The notes under the pieces were generated by a model, which saw only the letters and a program-made list of their open reading frames with translations, did not search any database and had not been told where the DNA came from. A stretch of DNA of 64,000 nucleotides from Chrysemys picta bellii. Its lineage: Eukaryota. Position 1 is the first letter of the stretch, and every line of letters starts with the position of its first letter. A program made the position numbers and the translations under genes. Below, piece by piece: positions 51,341 to 63,475 of this stretch. Where the stretch lies: positions 13,764,001 through 13,828,000 of the forward strand of contig NC_088797.1 in NCBI RefSeq assembly GCF_011386835.1. The letters are read 5' to 3'.

Positions 51341-54300
51341 GACCCAGGGCTGTTTTCTAGTTTGATTGTCTGCTTAACAATATATAACTGGGAAATGAGT
51401 GCTGTGGGGAGTGTAGGCCTCAACTAAGTGAGAGTTTCTGGGATATGACTCCTAGCAAGAGTGCTATACACCCCAAATCCCTACAGTGGGAAAATCTCAT
51501 GATCTGTAATTCACCCCTCCAAACCTTTTAAACAGCCTGTCTCCACTTGGGACATATTCAGTTTCTTAAACATTAATCTTCAAAATCACTTTGTACATCG
51601 TATTTTTGCAAAACACAAGCCCTACTAAATAATTTCATATTTTTATTCTAGAATGGAGGCCTGCTTCCCCCCCACCCTCTCCAGAGACATGTAACTTGCC
51701 TGAGAAGCAAAAGCACTAAGGCAATACAGCTAAGCACACACCCTAATTCAGACAAAAAAGCGGCTTCTTTGCAAACAACGGACCTTATTCTGATCTTGTT
51801 AACAAAGGTGTAAAACAGGAATAGCTACATTTGCATGATACTATTAAAATCAGTGTGAGTGAAATCAGAATGAGGCCCAAAATTGTGATGCCAAACACAT
51901 TCAGAGGTAGAACAAAGGGTTGCTCATGAATGATAAAGAAATACAGTAAGGGCATTTTGAATCTTCCTCCTCCCTTGATAAGACTTCATTGATGGCTTTC
52001 TCATTAAACAGTATTAATATTCTTAAACACTTGCTTTGTTCTGAATGGGGGTAGTTAGGTTTTAATTAATGTTTTTGTCATCTTGTTGTTCATCTTGATT
52101 GCTTTTATCCACTGCTTGATATTCAGAATTCTTAAGTGTTTTCTTCAATAACTTGTGTTTTCCTTCCTTTTATATTTTTTTGTTTCTGTGTTACTTTTGA
52201 GTATTCTCTAAAAGCCAGTTGAAAATATGTTTATTCTCTTAGACTCAGGACCACTGAACATTAGGCCACTTTGTCTAGGTGCCTAAATATTGATTTAGGT
52301 ACCTAACTTTAGGTACCCACATTTGAAAATGCTGGCGCAAGTCTCTTAAATGTACTATGACAATTCAAGAGCAGGATGAACACTAGTTACAAAGTGTTAT
52401 ACTATTCCATACATGGTGCTAGAAATTCTAACTCTAACAGTGTGTCTTAGGTATAGGTCTAGTATAATTCTATGTTGTTTATACATAATAATAAATTCAC
52501 CCAATCTCACAAACCACAAGAATGCATGTTTATTTGCTATCATTTCCATCCTAAAAACTCATACATAAAAAATCTGTTTCTCCATGATATTTAAAGCAAT
52601 TCAGTAAAATAATATTTCAGAGGATTGTGTTTGGGTTTTTAGGCCTGATGTTTTTTTACATTCCTATTTTTCCCATTTAAGATTTAATTTAAATGAAAAC
52701 TGGCCTTAATACAGATTGTTCTGCAGCAGCAGTTTTTCCCTCTCCTGTGCTTTGCAATGAATTTCCCAATGACATGGTGTCACATTCTGTGTTCCAGTTA
52801 AGTTGCACTCACCCCGGAACAGAGGGGGTGATATCAAGTTTTGGGCACGTATTATTTCAGGTGACTGATGACTATCTGAGGCTTGGTTTTATGGCAAGAC
52901 AGAGAAGTGCTGCTGCTTTGAGAGAATTTTTGTAACTCCTGCATCATTGTGTCTTTAATTGTTTGCCAAAGATGGCCACAGCTTTGGATAAGGACATCCT
53001 TAGAGTGAAATCGAAAATAAATAATATTGTACTGTCCTGGGACTGGTCTAACTTAATCTCAGCTGTAATGGCCCATGGGCCATTCTGCAACAGAGAATAG
53101 CCACAGTCTGGTTTGCTCAGGCCATGGGGGAAATATGACAAAAATGTAGAATATGACACGGTTAATTAAAATTTGTTATATTAGTATGATGGTGGTTAAT
53201 TACTAGTTCTATAGCTGCCTTACTGTATGATGTACATTACAATACCTAAAATATATAATATGCTAAAAAACCCACCACCTATCTCAAAGAGCTTGCGGTC
53301 TTTATTTTATTTTATGTATTTTTAGAGCACCAACAATGTATAGGCACCAAAATAAAGTAAAGTTAAAATATAAGAGTACTGTACTTTCCTGTTCCTATGA
53401 TTACATGATTTAGGCTCCCTTCAAAGTATCTCTCAGTAAAACTGAGATTTTCCCAAAAATATGTCCTAATTAGAAACTAACAAGATGAAAGGAAGGTTAA
53501 GGCTCCCCTGTTCCTAATTCCTTGAATTGATTGTATGGGATTTAGTCTCTTGGTTTTATGGATAATCCTTGTTCAGCACTACAGAGGTGTGAGGAAAACT
53601 TACCATCCAAATATGGCCTGGACCAAACATCATTACTCTCCTTTTCTGGAACTCCTAAATGAACTCCTTGTGATCTCAGAACATTGTTTTTACCTGTGAA
53701 AACTTGTAAGACTCTGCATAGAAAGACATATAGGAAGAAAGAGGGGTGTCAGGGAATCCCACTATGGAACTAGCATCATGAATCAAATCAGACTTTTTGA
53801 GTTTCTTTAAATTTTCAAAGAGTGTGTATTGTTTTGTTAGGTTCAAAAGAAAATATTTTTAAAAAGTCCTAGAAAGCTTTGTTGACTCCATCCCTTCAAA
53901 AAAAAAAGGTTCAATCAAATCAAAAGAATATGAGGTAATTTTCAGTTTTCATAATAAATTACGGTTTAGTACTGTAGTAGTCTGAGATGAATCCAACCTC
54001 AAACTCAAAATCTGAACACTCCTGAACCTTACTATTCAGAATCCAGATTTGGATCTAAATTGTGAAGCCTTTTCCCATCTCTTAAATGTAATTAATTCAT
54101 TCCAATTTCCAGAAATCACCTTTTTAGGGCATTACCAATTGTCATTTTAGGTATCCAGTTAGGAAATCAGCTACTTACCTACCTTTCTGGTCATTACTAT
54201 GAGCTTTAAAGATCAGAATTCCTAGCTCTTTTCTCACATTGGGGAGAAGTTGCTCACATGAGCAGTGTCACTGAAGTCAGTGGGACTATTTGTGTGAATA

Positions 54301-54586
54301 GTCATCAGTGTAAGAGGCTCACGGTCTACTTTAATATTAACTCTAATGATCCAGTGAGGAGTGTTGGAAAAATAAATTATATATAGACCAATCCTGGACT
54401 GTATTTAAATGTTACCTACTGGTGAAAATCTATTAATAATTCCTTGAGCTATCTAGTCTCCTTCATATCCTGCACTGCTGAAGGTCTACCTAGAACGAAA
54501 TAAAACTCCCAACATATCCTATTCAACATATACAATATAACCTTGGATCATTTTCCCTGGACATTATAACTAATGCCAATTGTGAC

Positions 54587-55425
54587 CAGGGCCGGCTCCA
54601 GGCACCAGCTGACCAAGCAAGTGCTTGGGGCGGCACTTTGGGGTAGGGTGGCGTTCGATTTTTTTTTTTTGATTCGGTGGCGCGGCGCTTGGAGTGGGGG
54701 CGGGGGCTTCAGGCAGTGTGGTGCTCGGAGGGGGGGCGGGGGGCTTCGGGCGGCGTGGTGCTCGGAGGGGGGGCGGGGGGCTTCGGGCGGCGTGGTGCTC
54801 GGAGGGGGGGGCGGGTGCTTCAGGCGGTGTGGTGTTCTGAGGGGGGGCGGGGGCTTCGGGTGGTGCGGTGCTCGGAGGGGGCAGGGGCTTCGGGCGGCAT
54901 GGTGCTGGGGGGGGGGCTTCGGGCGACGCGGTGCTCAGAGGGGAGCGGGGGCTTCGGGCGGCATGGTGCTCGGTGGGGGGGCGGGGGCTTCGGGCGGCGC
55001 GGTGCTCGGAGGGGGAGCGGGGCTTCGGGCGGCATGGTGCTCGGAGGGGGAGCGGGGCTTCGGGCGGCATGGTGCTCGGAGGGGGAGCGGGGCTTTGGGC
55101 GGCGCGGTGCTCGGAGGGGGAGCGGGGCTTCGGGCGACGCGGTGCTCAGAGGGGGGCGGGGGCTTCGGGCGGCATGGTGCTCGGAGGGGGAGTGGGGCTT
55201 CGGGCGACACGGTGCTTGGAGGGGGGGCAGGGCTTCGGGCAGCGTGGTGCTCGGGGAGGCGGGGGCTGGCGCGGTGCAGCGATCGGAGGAGGGGCAGGGG
55301 CTTCAGGCGGCGCGGCGCTTGGAGGGGGCGGGGATTTTGGCGGTGCTCACGGGGGGGAGGGGGTTACGGCAGGGCGGCTCTCTTCTTTTTTGCCTGGGGC
55401 GGCAAAAAAGTTAGAGCCGGCCCTG
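54587..55425. mobile_element. hAT-type MITE (CAGGGCCGGCTC family) with an internal minisatellite expansion
   Basis: TIRs cagggccggctc / gagccggccctg; perfect TSD attgtgac (54579-54586, 55426-55433). Confidence 0.92.
54703..55265 (+). repeat. G-rich ~35-bp tandem repeat, about 16 units
   Basis: Unit ggggcttcgggcggc(a/g)(t/c)ggtgctcggagggggagc repeated head to tail. Confidence 0.95.
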
Positions 55426-55427
55426 AT

Positions 55428-56451
55428 TGTGACCGCTAACCTGGGGTGCCCTTTACAATGCTTTGCTGCTGTAGCTTCCAGCCTGGACTGCTCACAAACA
55501 GCCCCCAGCATGTAAGTCACTCCCAGTTATGTCTCTGTGTATGCTGCACCCAGCTAGCCACACCTCGGTTCTTACCACCCTTGGTTATGGTGCTGGATGA
55601 CCCCCAATTTCTCCCCAGTTTCGGAATTTTCCCCCAGAAATGTATGTCCTGTACTGCTCAGCCCTCTTCTGGACAATACAAATATTTTAAGTCTGTTATT
55701 CTTTTCAGGGAATAATGTGCCAGTTTATTATTGCAAATAGTTACTCAGACACTTCAGTTTAAATACACTGTATTAGGTAAAACAAATTTATTAACTAGAC
55801 ATAGAGATTTTAAGTGAGTACAAGTAATGAGGCATAAATGGTTACAAGAAAAATAAAGACGAGACGCTTACTAATGCCTAACTATATTCGATTCAAGCAA
55901 AGTTTCTCACCACATGCGCTAGCAAATTACTGACCAAACTCTCATATCAGGACCCCTCCCCCAGAGTTGAACACCTGCTTCCTCTGTCTCTGCAGGTGCA
56001 GTGAATGAGATAGCCAGACACACAGAGAGAGGTATATTAGGGTATATGTTCCTCTTTTTTTATCCTTTCAGCCCCCCTCTTGAAAAACATTTCCAGGTGA
56101 GAACCAGTCTATGTGCAAGAATATTCCCTGCTGATTTTTCACCTGTTCGAACTTCCTTTGCCTTCCTTTCCTGCCAGATGACTTTGTTCACTGCTTAAAT
56201 GCAAATTAAGGCAACCACACATTCCTTTGTTTAGGAGAGACCTGTTGCCAACTTCTGTTTGGGCAGGGCTGTGAGATTAGGAACCATACAAAGGGATCTT
56301 ATAACTTCACATATAATGTTGCCACAGATATTTTACAAGGACAGTCCTGACCAGGAAATTATGAGTTTCCAAATGAGACCTTACGAGGCATATTTTGTAC
56401 AAAGATTACAATAGTGTGTAGGGTGTGAATACAAGGGTGTATTCTGTCACG
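55428..56451 (-). mobile_element. Solo LTR (~1.02 kb)
   Basis: tgtgaccgc...attctgtcac(g) ends; original 5-bp flanks ccaat (54576-54580) / tcaat (56452-56456). Confidence 0.75.
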
Positions 56452-57904
56452 TCAATATTCTTAAAGACTCTGCTATATTTTCTAGAATCTTTCCTTGAAT
56501 TTCCAACTTTGCAGAACTGCACTCCCCATAATTACATGAATACTACAATGCCAAACAACCCTGATTTGTTAGGGCTTTAAAAATCCTGATGCTAATAATT
56601 GTAAACCCAAGGGGGAATGGCCCATAAAAAAACACTTATCCGTCTTTAGCAAAGATCCAGCAATCTCTTTCTTGTAAAGTATGAGATAGCCATATGTCAC
56701 AGAATAAAATATATGTGGCTAGGGATGGGAAACTGAAGCTATGGTATACAATGGACCATGTGAAGTCAAAGAAATGACACCAGGGATGTATATGGTCCAG
56801 TATATCTGCCATACACTGCAATTCTCCATGCAGAAAATATCACCCCCACATCCCCCAGAATGTTCTGAGTGTTTATACACAAAACTAAAGCAGAAGAATC
56901 AACTGAGGAAAAAATTGATGGTGTGTTGACTGAAACTTTGTAGTAATATATGGCTATAAATCCTGCATATAAAAATGACACATTCTACTTGGAGATGATA
57001 TTCAGATGACATGTGACCTTGAAGAACTAAAACCAGCCCACAAAGCAAAATCTTCCAAACCCCATTGCAATTTAATTAAAATGATCAAAGCATAAACAAA
57101 TGATAAATTCCACTCATGAGACTAAACTGATCCCAAGTCAACGAAAACAGTAGTAATAAAGAAGGACTAATATGAACCATAAAAGAATCTAGGAAAGTCT
57201 TGTGGTGATAAACAAAATACATCAAGACTCACAGATGTAGCATATAAAGCTGAGTTAGCAAAATGAATAATCAAAATGCAAAGCCACTGATTAAAGTGTA
57301 ATACTCCAATGTAAATGACACCTACACCAGAAATAAATTAATACACCAGAAAAGCACTCCCATTGCTACAAAGAAATGAATGTCAAGACAACCAACTAAG
57401 CATAAACTTGTGATTCAGGAGCAAAGCACAGTAATAATTTTCAGGGATCGTGAAGATTAAACTTTACAGAAAAAAATCAGTTACATCAAATAGGTTCTGA
57501 TTTGAGTGAAATTATTAGATTAATTTTTACATATGGTACCAGGCCATTCTGACTTTAGGAGAAGCCCCACAATTCATGGGGACATAAAATCAAGTTTTCA
57601 ATCTATTGGATCTTTAGTATTCAGATTAATATGAAAAGTAAGGAGAATGAGAGTTGATAGCTCTACTTGTGGAGTGGTGGGGTCTGTGTTACTTTAGTTG
57701 ATTCACTCAACTTTTCTAGGAATGTTACTTTTGCTTACTGGGTGGCATATTGTCTAAAGTTGAATCCTTTTAATGCAGTTTTATTTATTTTGTTAATTTC
57801 CATAATTTAATGTTTTGAAAATGTTTGGTTGCCATCAGCAAGAGACTTTCCTAAAAGGTCATTTACCTCTCAGATGGTTGCTATGACTCATGCAGCATGT
57901 AGAA

Positions 57905-58220
57905 CAGCGATTGGCAAAACTTTGGCCCGCGGCCCACGAGGGTAAGCACTGTGGTGGGCCGGGCCGGTTTGTTTACTTGCCACATCAACAGGTTTGGCCG
58001 ATCACGGTTCCCGCTGGCCGTGGTTCGCCATTCCAGGCTAATAGGGGCTGCGGGAAGCGGCAGCCAGCACATCCTTCAGCCCCCATTGGCCTGCAGCGGC
58101 GAACTGCGACCAGTGGGAGCCGCGATTGGCCGAACCTGCGGATGTGGCAGGTAAACAAACTGGCCCGGCCTGCCAGTGTACTTACCCTGGTGGCTTCAGG
58201 CCAAAGGTTGCCTATCCCTG
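57905..58220. mobile_element. hAT-Charlie-like MITE
   Basis: TIRs cagcgattggcaa / ttgcctatccctg; perfect TSD atgtagaa; internal arms ccggtttgtttacttgcc / ggcaggtaaacaaactgg. Confidence 0.92.
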
Positions 58221-58359
58221 ATGTAGAACAAAGCAAAACTCCCATTGATTATATTGGGGCTGGGATGTCACCAGAGACTTATTTTTTCTTGAGATGAATT
58301 TGTATGCTCATGAAGGATGCTGGATTGACAGCACTGAATACAGAGGCCATCCCAGTAAT

Positions 58360-58473
58360 GGACTGTATCCTCAGGTGGTGTAAATTACTCGATTGCCTTC
58401 TCTAGAAGCAAAGGCACAGATTCATTGTCTTCTATAGAGCTATGACAATTTACACCATCTGAGGATCTGGCCC
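58360..58473. mobile_element. Hairpin MITE of the same family as 12273-12362
   Basis: ggactgtatcctcaggtggtgtaaatt ... aatttacaccatctgaggatctggccc. Confidence 0.7.
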
Positions 58474-58511
58474 AACCTGCCTAAAATCTTACTAGAAGAG
58501 ACTAGTACTAC

Positions 58512-58649
58512 AGATGGTAGTTCTTCTCCATGCGTAATGTATACTTCCCAACAAAGGTGCTTCTTGAGGCGGTGGATTGTGTGATGTTGTCCACCAATTC
58601 ATTTAACGTAGGACACCAAGGAACCATCAGACAGTAGAAGCTTTAGGTC
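58512..58649 (-). mobile_element. Probable LF-SINE relic
   Basis: Minus-strand blocks gacctaaagcttctactgtctgatgg, tcctacgttaaatgaattggtgg, acatcacacaatccacc, gcacctttgttgg, catggagaagaactaccatct occur in the order of the LF-SINE consensus as I recall it. Confidence 0.5.
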
Positions 58650-58757
58650 TGTCTTCCTTTCCAGGAGACTATCGTCACTGATTACAGCAAAGGGGAAACT
58701 AGGGAAAATGTATTTGCAAACATGCTTGCCAATTGCAGTACAATTTCATACATGCCC

Positions 58758-58814
58758 TTCTTTTCTTTTCTTTTCTTTTCTTTTCTTTTCTTTTCTTTTC
58801 TTTTCTTTTCTTTC
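58758..58814 (+). repeat. (TTTTC)n microsatellite, ~11 units
   Basis: Read directly from the sequence. Confidence 0.98.
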
Positions 58815-58839
58815 TGTTTCACAAAAGAAATATAGCAAT

Positions 58840-59380
58840 TGCCCTACTAGATCAGCTATGAGCGCCATCTAGTTCTCTATCCTGTCTCTGCCAGTACCAG
58901 ATGCTTAGAAGAAAATGTAAGAACTCCTTTGCAGGCAGATGTGGGATTATCTGCCTCCCATATTAAGTTTCATCCTGGTCTCTAATAGTTCCAAACTGCC
59001 TTAAGCTCTGAAGTGTGAGGATTAATATCCATTTCTAAATTATTACCATTAATTGTAACTCTGGATATTATTGTTGCTCATATAAATGTCCAATCCCTTC
59101 CTGAATATTGCTAAGTTCTTGTCATCACTGACCTACAGTAGCAAAGAGTTCCACAGTCTAATTGCACATTGTGTGAAAAGTGTTTTCTGTGATCAGTTTT
59201 GGACTTGCCACCTTTTAATTTAAATGAATGTCCCTGTGCTCTTGTGTTATTAGGCAGCCAAAGAGAACAGAAATTCATGATCTACTTTCTCTGTACTATT
59301 TATTATTTTATATGCTTTCATCCTGTGGCCTCTTATTGATATCCCGTTTAAGGAAGTCAGGTCTTTATTCATACATTTGG
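58840..59380 (-). mobile_element. Older CR1/L3-type LINE 3' fragment
   Basis: gagttccacagtctaattgcacattgtgtgaaaag is the antisense of the FFTQRVINLWNS-type RT C-terminus, followed by a 3'UTR-like segment. Confidence 0.7.
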
Positions 59381-61454
59381 AGTAGGACCTTTTTTGTGTG
59401 CAAATATGAGTATTCACATATGACCAAGCATATTCACCTGAAAGTTTTGCGGTTGAGCTCCTTCTCCCCTGCCCACTGCCTCTTTTATAGATGTATAAAA
59501 TACACAGATGTGTGTTTGGAAGTGAGGATGTTAGAACACATGGAGAAAGAGAGTAAGGAAACCAATGACTTTTAAGCAGAATTTGTTTGCTTCTGTAATT
59601 TTCCTCTCTCTAGATCTTCTGAGACAATTGGGTTTCTAGTCTTGTTGTTCATAACATTTACTCGAAGCTCTTTGCAAAGCAAAACTTGTCAAGTAAAATT
59701 GTTTGCCTTCCTTCCTTTTTTAGAAGAAAGCTCATAAACTCATGCCCAAATAAAAGAATCCAGAAGTGACAACTTGTTATGCAGTTTTATGATCATGCTT
59801 TTGTTTTTACTAAGTGTGTTTTGTCATAGGGAAAATGCTATAAAGAGTTTATCCATTTAGTATTTCTGAGTGATCGGTTTTAAAATTAAAGTGGCCATTT
59901 AACAGACTGCAAAGTGTGCAGGCCAAAATACAAAGACTTGATGTGTCACATCATGAGATTTAAATTTGCTTTATTGATTAAAATACATGAAGAATTTTAT
60001 TTTTACTCTCCAACAACATAGCTTGGTAATGAAACTTATTGGATTGTCTGTGTAAGTCTTTGGTTTATAATCAATGAAGTGATATGTATAAAGATGAGTT
60101 TGTTGTCATCGGTTTGTTGTAAGTTAGGACCCGATCCTGATAGGTGCTGAGCACTGCTGCTAGCTCCCAGAATAGTTTGTATATATAAAAGGAAAAGAAT
60201 AGCTGAAACTTGGGGGGAGAATGGCAGGGATGGGGAAATTATGTTGGAACCCTGCTAAGAAAGAGGCTGAATTGTGCCTAACATGACGATATCCATAGGG
60301 GAGTAAAGAGGGGTTAGGATTCCACCACCACTTCAGAGCTCATGTTCAAGCTTCCCAGATCCTAGCTCCTGCCACTGAGAAGCAGAGGGGCTGTTCCTGA
60401 GGTGCTCCTTCCTTGAGAAAGTGTGTGGTGAGAAAGCAGAACCATGGCACCCAGTCCCCTATATGCACTGGTGAGTGGAGCTGGTTGGATGCATCGGAGA
60501 GGGTATTTTATACCCCTAAAAGGGGTGTCACAAATTGCTTTCCCATTAGTACAACATGAGAGCCCCGGAAAGAATACTGTCCTGCTGAGCGGTGTCGCTG
60601 CCTGCCCTACAGATTGTAGAGGGCAGGGATTAAATTGAATAGATGCAATAATTATGAAAGCTAGAGAAGATGAGGGGGATACATAGTTAAAACAAGGCTA
60701 CTGCAGAGAAGGAGAAAATGATGGCAACATAAAACAAAATAAGAGGATTGTAATGAACTCTTACTACAAAATGAGAACCTCTTCCTCATGACACACCCTA
60801 ACTCCACCTCAACAGTTTTTCGTGGGTGTCTGCTGGGATGTGTTGTGTGTTCTCACACTGTGCTTGTGTGAAGCATTATGCACACTTTCCTTGCAGTGTA
60901 TTTTCCTTTCTCTCAATGCATGTATTTTCTTTCAAGGCATGAAGTGGAACCTTTACTGTTATGCAATACTTGAGATTAAAAATCCCGTTGCTCTATTCAG
61001 TTTTCTTCAGTTAAAAATCTTTGCCTGTTACCCAGAACATAACTAGCATTTTTTCAGCACTCCAGACCATTTTCAGGGTCGCATACTCAGCAGTAAAGTC
61101 AGTAGAGTTATGCTCATTGACACCAGCTAATGTTCTGTTCCTCCAATTCTAATTTAGGTAGCGATTCCTTTTCTTCTATCTGTACGTCCAGTAAAAGTGT
61201 CTTCTGTACATCTTGGGTTTCTGAAGATAACCAATCTCCCAACTCTGGTGACACTTTGATACATAGATCTCTGGGTATCTCTCAGACATAAAATGAAAGT
61301 GTCCTCACAACACTCCTGTTAAAACTGTTGTATTAGATGGAGACTACCTGTATACAGATGGATAAGGTGTGGTCCATATTTTCAAAAAGATGTGTGCAGA
61401 TGTGTGCACATTTCGTATTTTGCCCCTGATCACGCAGCAATTCACCCTCAGCAA

Positions 61455-61736
61455 AGTGAAGGTGTGATTGTAGCATGGGTAGATCTACCCATGCTAGCTT
61501 TAATCTATCTAACACTGGTAACAATAGTAGGGAAGATGTGGTGGCACAGGCTTTAGCATGGGCTAGCAACCCATGTACGTACCCAGGGTTCCCAGTGGGC
61601 TTGTACTTGGGGGTCTAGCCCACACTGAAACCTGATCTGCTTTATCTTCACTATTATTGTTCCTTGTGCTAGCTAGATTAAAGCTAATATAGATATGCCT
61701 GCCTGTGCTGCAACCACACCGACACTAGACTCGCCC
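61455..61736. mobile_element. Degenerate Harbinger-like palindromic MITE
   Basis: Inverted arms ggtgtgattgtagcatggg...gctttaatcta / tagattaaagcta...gctgcaaccacacc. Confidence 0.6.
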
Positions 61737-61851
61737 TTAGTGGCAGAGCCAGAAACTGAATCCAGGAATCCTGACTCATCACTCCGAGATTTAACCTCTC
61801 TTCTGAACTCCATCCTCAGAAACAGAACAAAACAAACCCCCCACCCCAAAC

Positions 61852-62101
61852 CAGTGGCAGATTAGCCACTGTGCCCAGGTGCCCCAGCCAATTGGGGGAC
61901 CCCAGAAAAATGGGCGCACCCATGCCCTGACCCACTCCCCCCCAGCAGGAGCACCAGGTGGGCAGAGCGGGGCAAGCCCCTGCACCCCAACCCTGGTGCC
62001 CCCCCCCACAGGAGTGCTGGGGAGGGGCTGCAGACAGAAGGGTGGGGAGGGGCCCCCACTTGCTCTGGCCCAGGGCCCCACAAAACCCTAATCCGCCATT
62101 G
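61852..62101. mobile_element. hAT-type MITE
   Basis: TIRs cagtggcagattag / ctaatccgccattg; TSD ccccaaac / cccaaaac. Confidence 0.85.
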
Positions 62102-62599
62102 CCCAAAACACAAGCAACCAAAATGCCTACAACTTTTTATTTTAGCATAACGTGCCTTCTTTCATTCTGGTTAATAGCAATTTGAGAGCAGGTATCAATT
62201 ATTCTCTACCGTGAAAAAAAAAATCAGAGGCTTACACACAATAAGTCACATATGGCCAGGTTTTCAAAAAGCCTCATCACCAGATTTTTCAAATGTGCGG
62301 CACCTTTGGGGCGGGGGAGCAGATTTTCCAAAGTGCTCAGCTCCCATCAGTTCCTATTATGACACTTAGGGCCAGATTTTAAAAATGGAGCAACACTCTA
62401 AGTGCAAAGTTCTTTCAGAAATCTAGACCCCTATTCCGGTGCCTAAATGCCAAATACTCTTGGAAATCTGGCCAACAATATCAAATACCTATGTTGGCCT
62501 GCTACTTTATGAAGCATATGCTATTTTGTACAAAGAGTGTTTATTTAACATTTGAAACATAACTGTTAATGGTGACTTTGTTGCTTATCACCACCCCGT

Positions 62600-63472
62600 G
62601 TCCTGTCCCTGTATTGTTCTGAGTTTCTGCAAGATGTCTGACTACCACTTCTTGGGTTTGTGACCCTTTCTCTGCTTACGCATTAGTTCATTGGCATACA
62701 CCACAGAATCCATCCCTTTTTTTATTAACACCAAATGAACAAACAACACTGTAATTCTTCATACAACGGTAAGACTTGATTCCCCTGCTGCTCAGTAACT
62801 TTCAGTTAGTCTCTTTGGGTTTTTGACCATTATGCCACAATGTGTCCTCGTCTCCGTTGGAAGTCTTGGGACTTGGCAGTGTGTTTCCCAGATAATCGAC
62901 CTGGGTATCCAATGATCTTGTGTCTGATAAGTCCACATCCTTAGTCGTCTCAGCAAGCTATATCATTTTGGTATGTGTTGATATGACTCCTGGGATGTGC
63001 CTAGTTTGATGTGTAGGTGGTTTTGCTGGTAAGTCCTGCACTATGTGTGGAAGTAGCTCATCTGGGATACTTATCACTGGTACCGGTAAGAGATGCTTAC
63101 GGTTCCATCTCAACAAAAATTCCTGTTTTGTTTTGATCTCATATGATCTTGTAGCAACCAGCTTAATCACCTCAGTCTTATCTCCCCGAGAACCATTATT
63201 CTAAATTTTAACAGATTCTCCAGGATGTAGTTACCTCAGGCACACTGAGGTTTTGCCACAGTGGAACGTTTTAATACTTTTACGTCTTTCCCTGTCCTTC
63301 TGCACTCATTTGTGCATCTGTTCCTTAACTGCACCTTGCTTCATCTTCAGATGAGGAAGTTTAGTTCTTATCTGATGTCCTAGCAAAAGCTCTGCAGGTG
63401 ACTTATCACATTGGTAATGGTACTGCTCTGTGATTCAGCAAGGCAAGGGAAGAAGAGGGTTGTCCATCACAT
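62600..63472 (-). mobile_element. Gypsy/Ty3 integrase C-terminal relic (internal region, no LTR seen)
   Basis: Minus-strand translations DKSPAELLLGHQIRTKLP and ATRSYEIKTKQEFLLRWNRKHL match Gypsy integrase-tail motifs (SPAELLxGRxIRT, RSY...RRNRRHL); contains stops. Confidence 0.75.
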
Positions 63473-63475
63473 GGG

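Noticed and set aside
53571-53592. Partial REST/RE1-like words (ttcagcac...), also at ~61053
   Set aside because: The right half-site (ggacag) is missing.
54703-55265. Regular ~35-bp repeats suggesting a CRISPR-like array
   Set aside because: Units are head-to-tail with no unique spacers, and the genome is eukaryotic.
54570-55515. Long Gly/Arg- and Pro-rich ORFs (up to 288 aa) in several frames
   Set aside because: Artefact of the stop-free G-rich tandem repeat inside a MITE; open in nearly all frames with no domain signature.
21885-56456. Three solo LTRs whose 5-bp TSDs all mismatch at the first base, suggesting a 4-bp TSD plus one extra nucleotide
   Set aside because: The 45891 LTR has a perfect 5-bp TSD; single post-insertion substitutions are the simpler explanation, and n=3 is too small.
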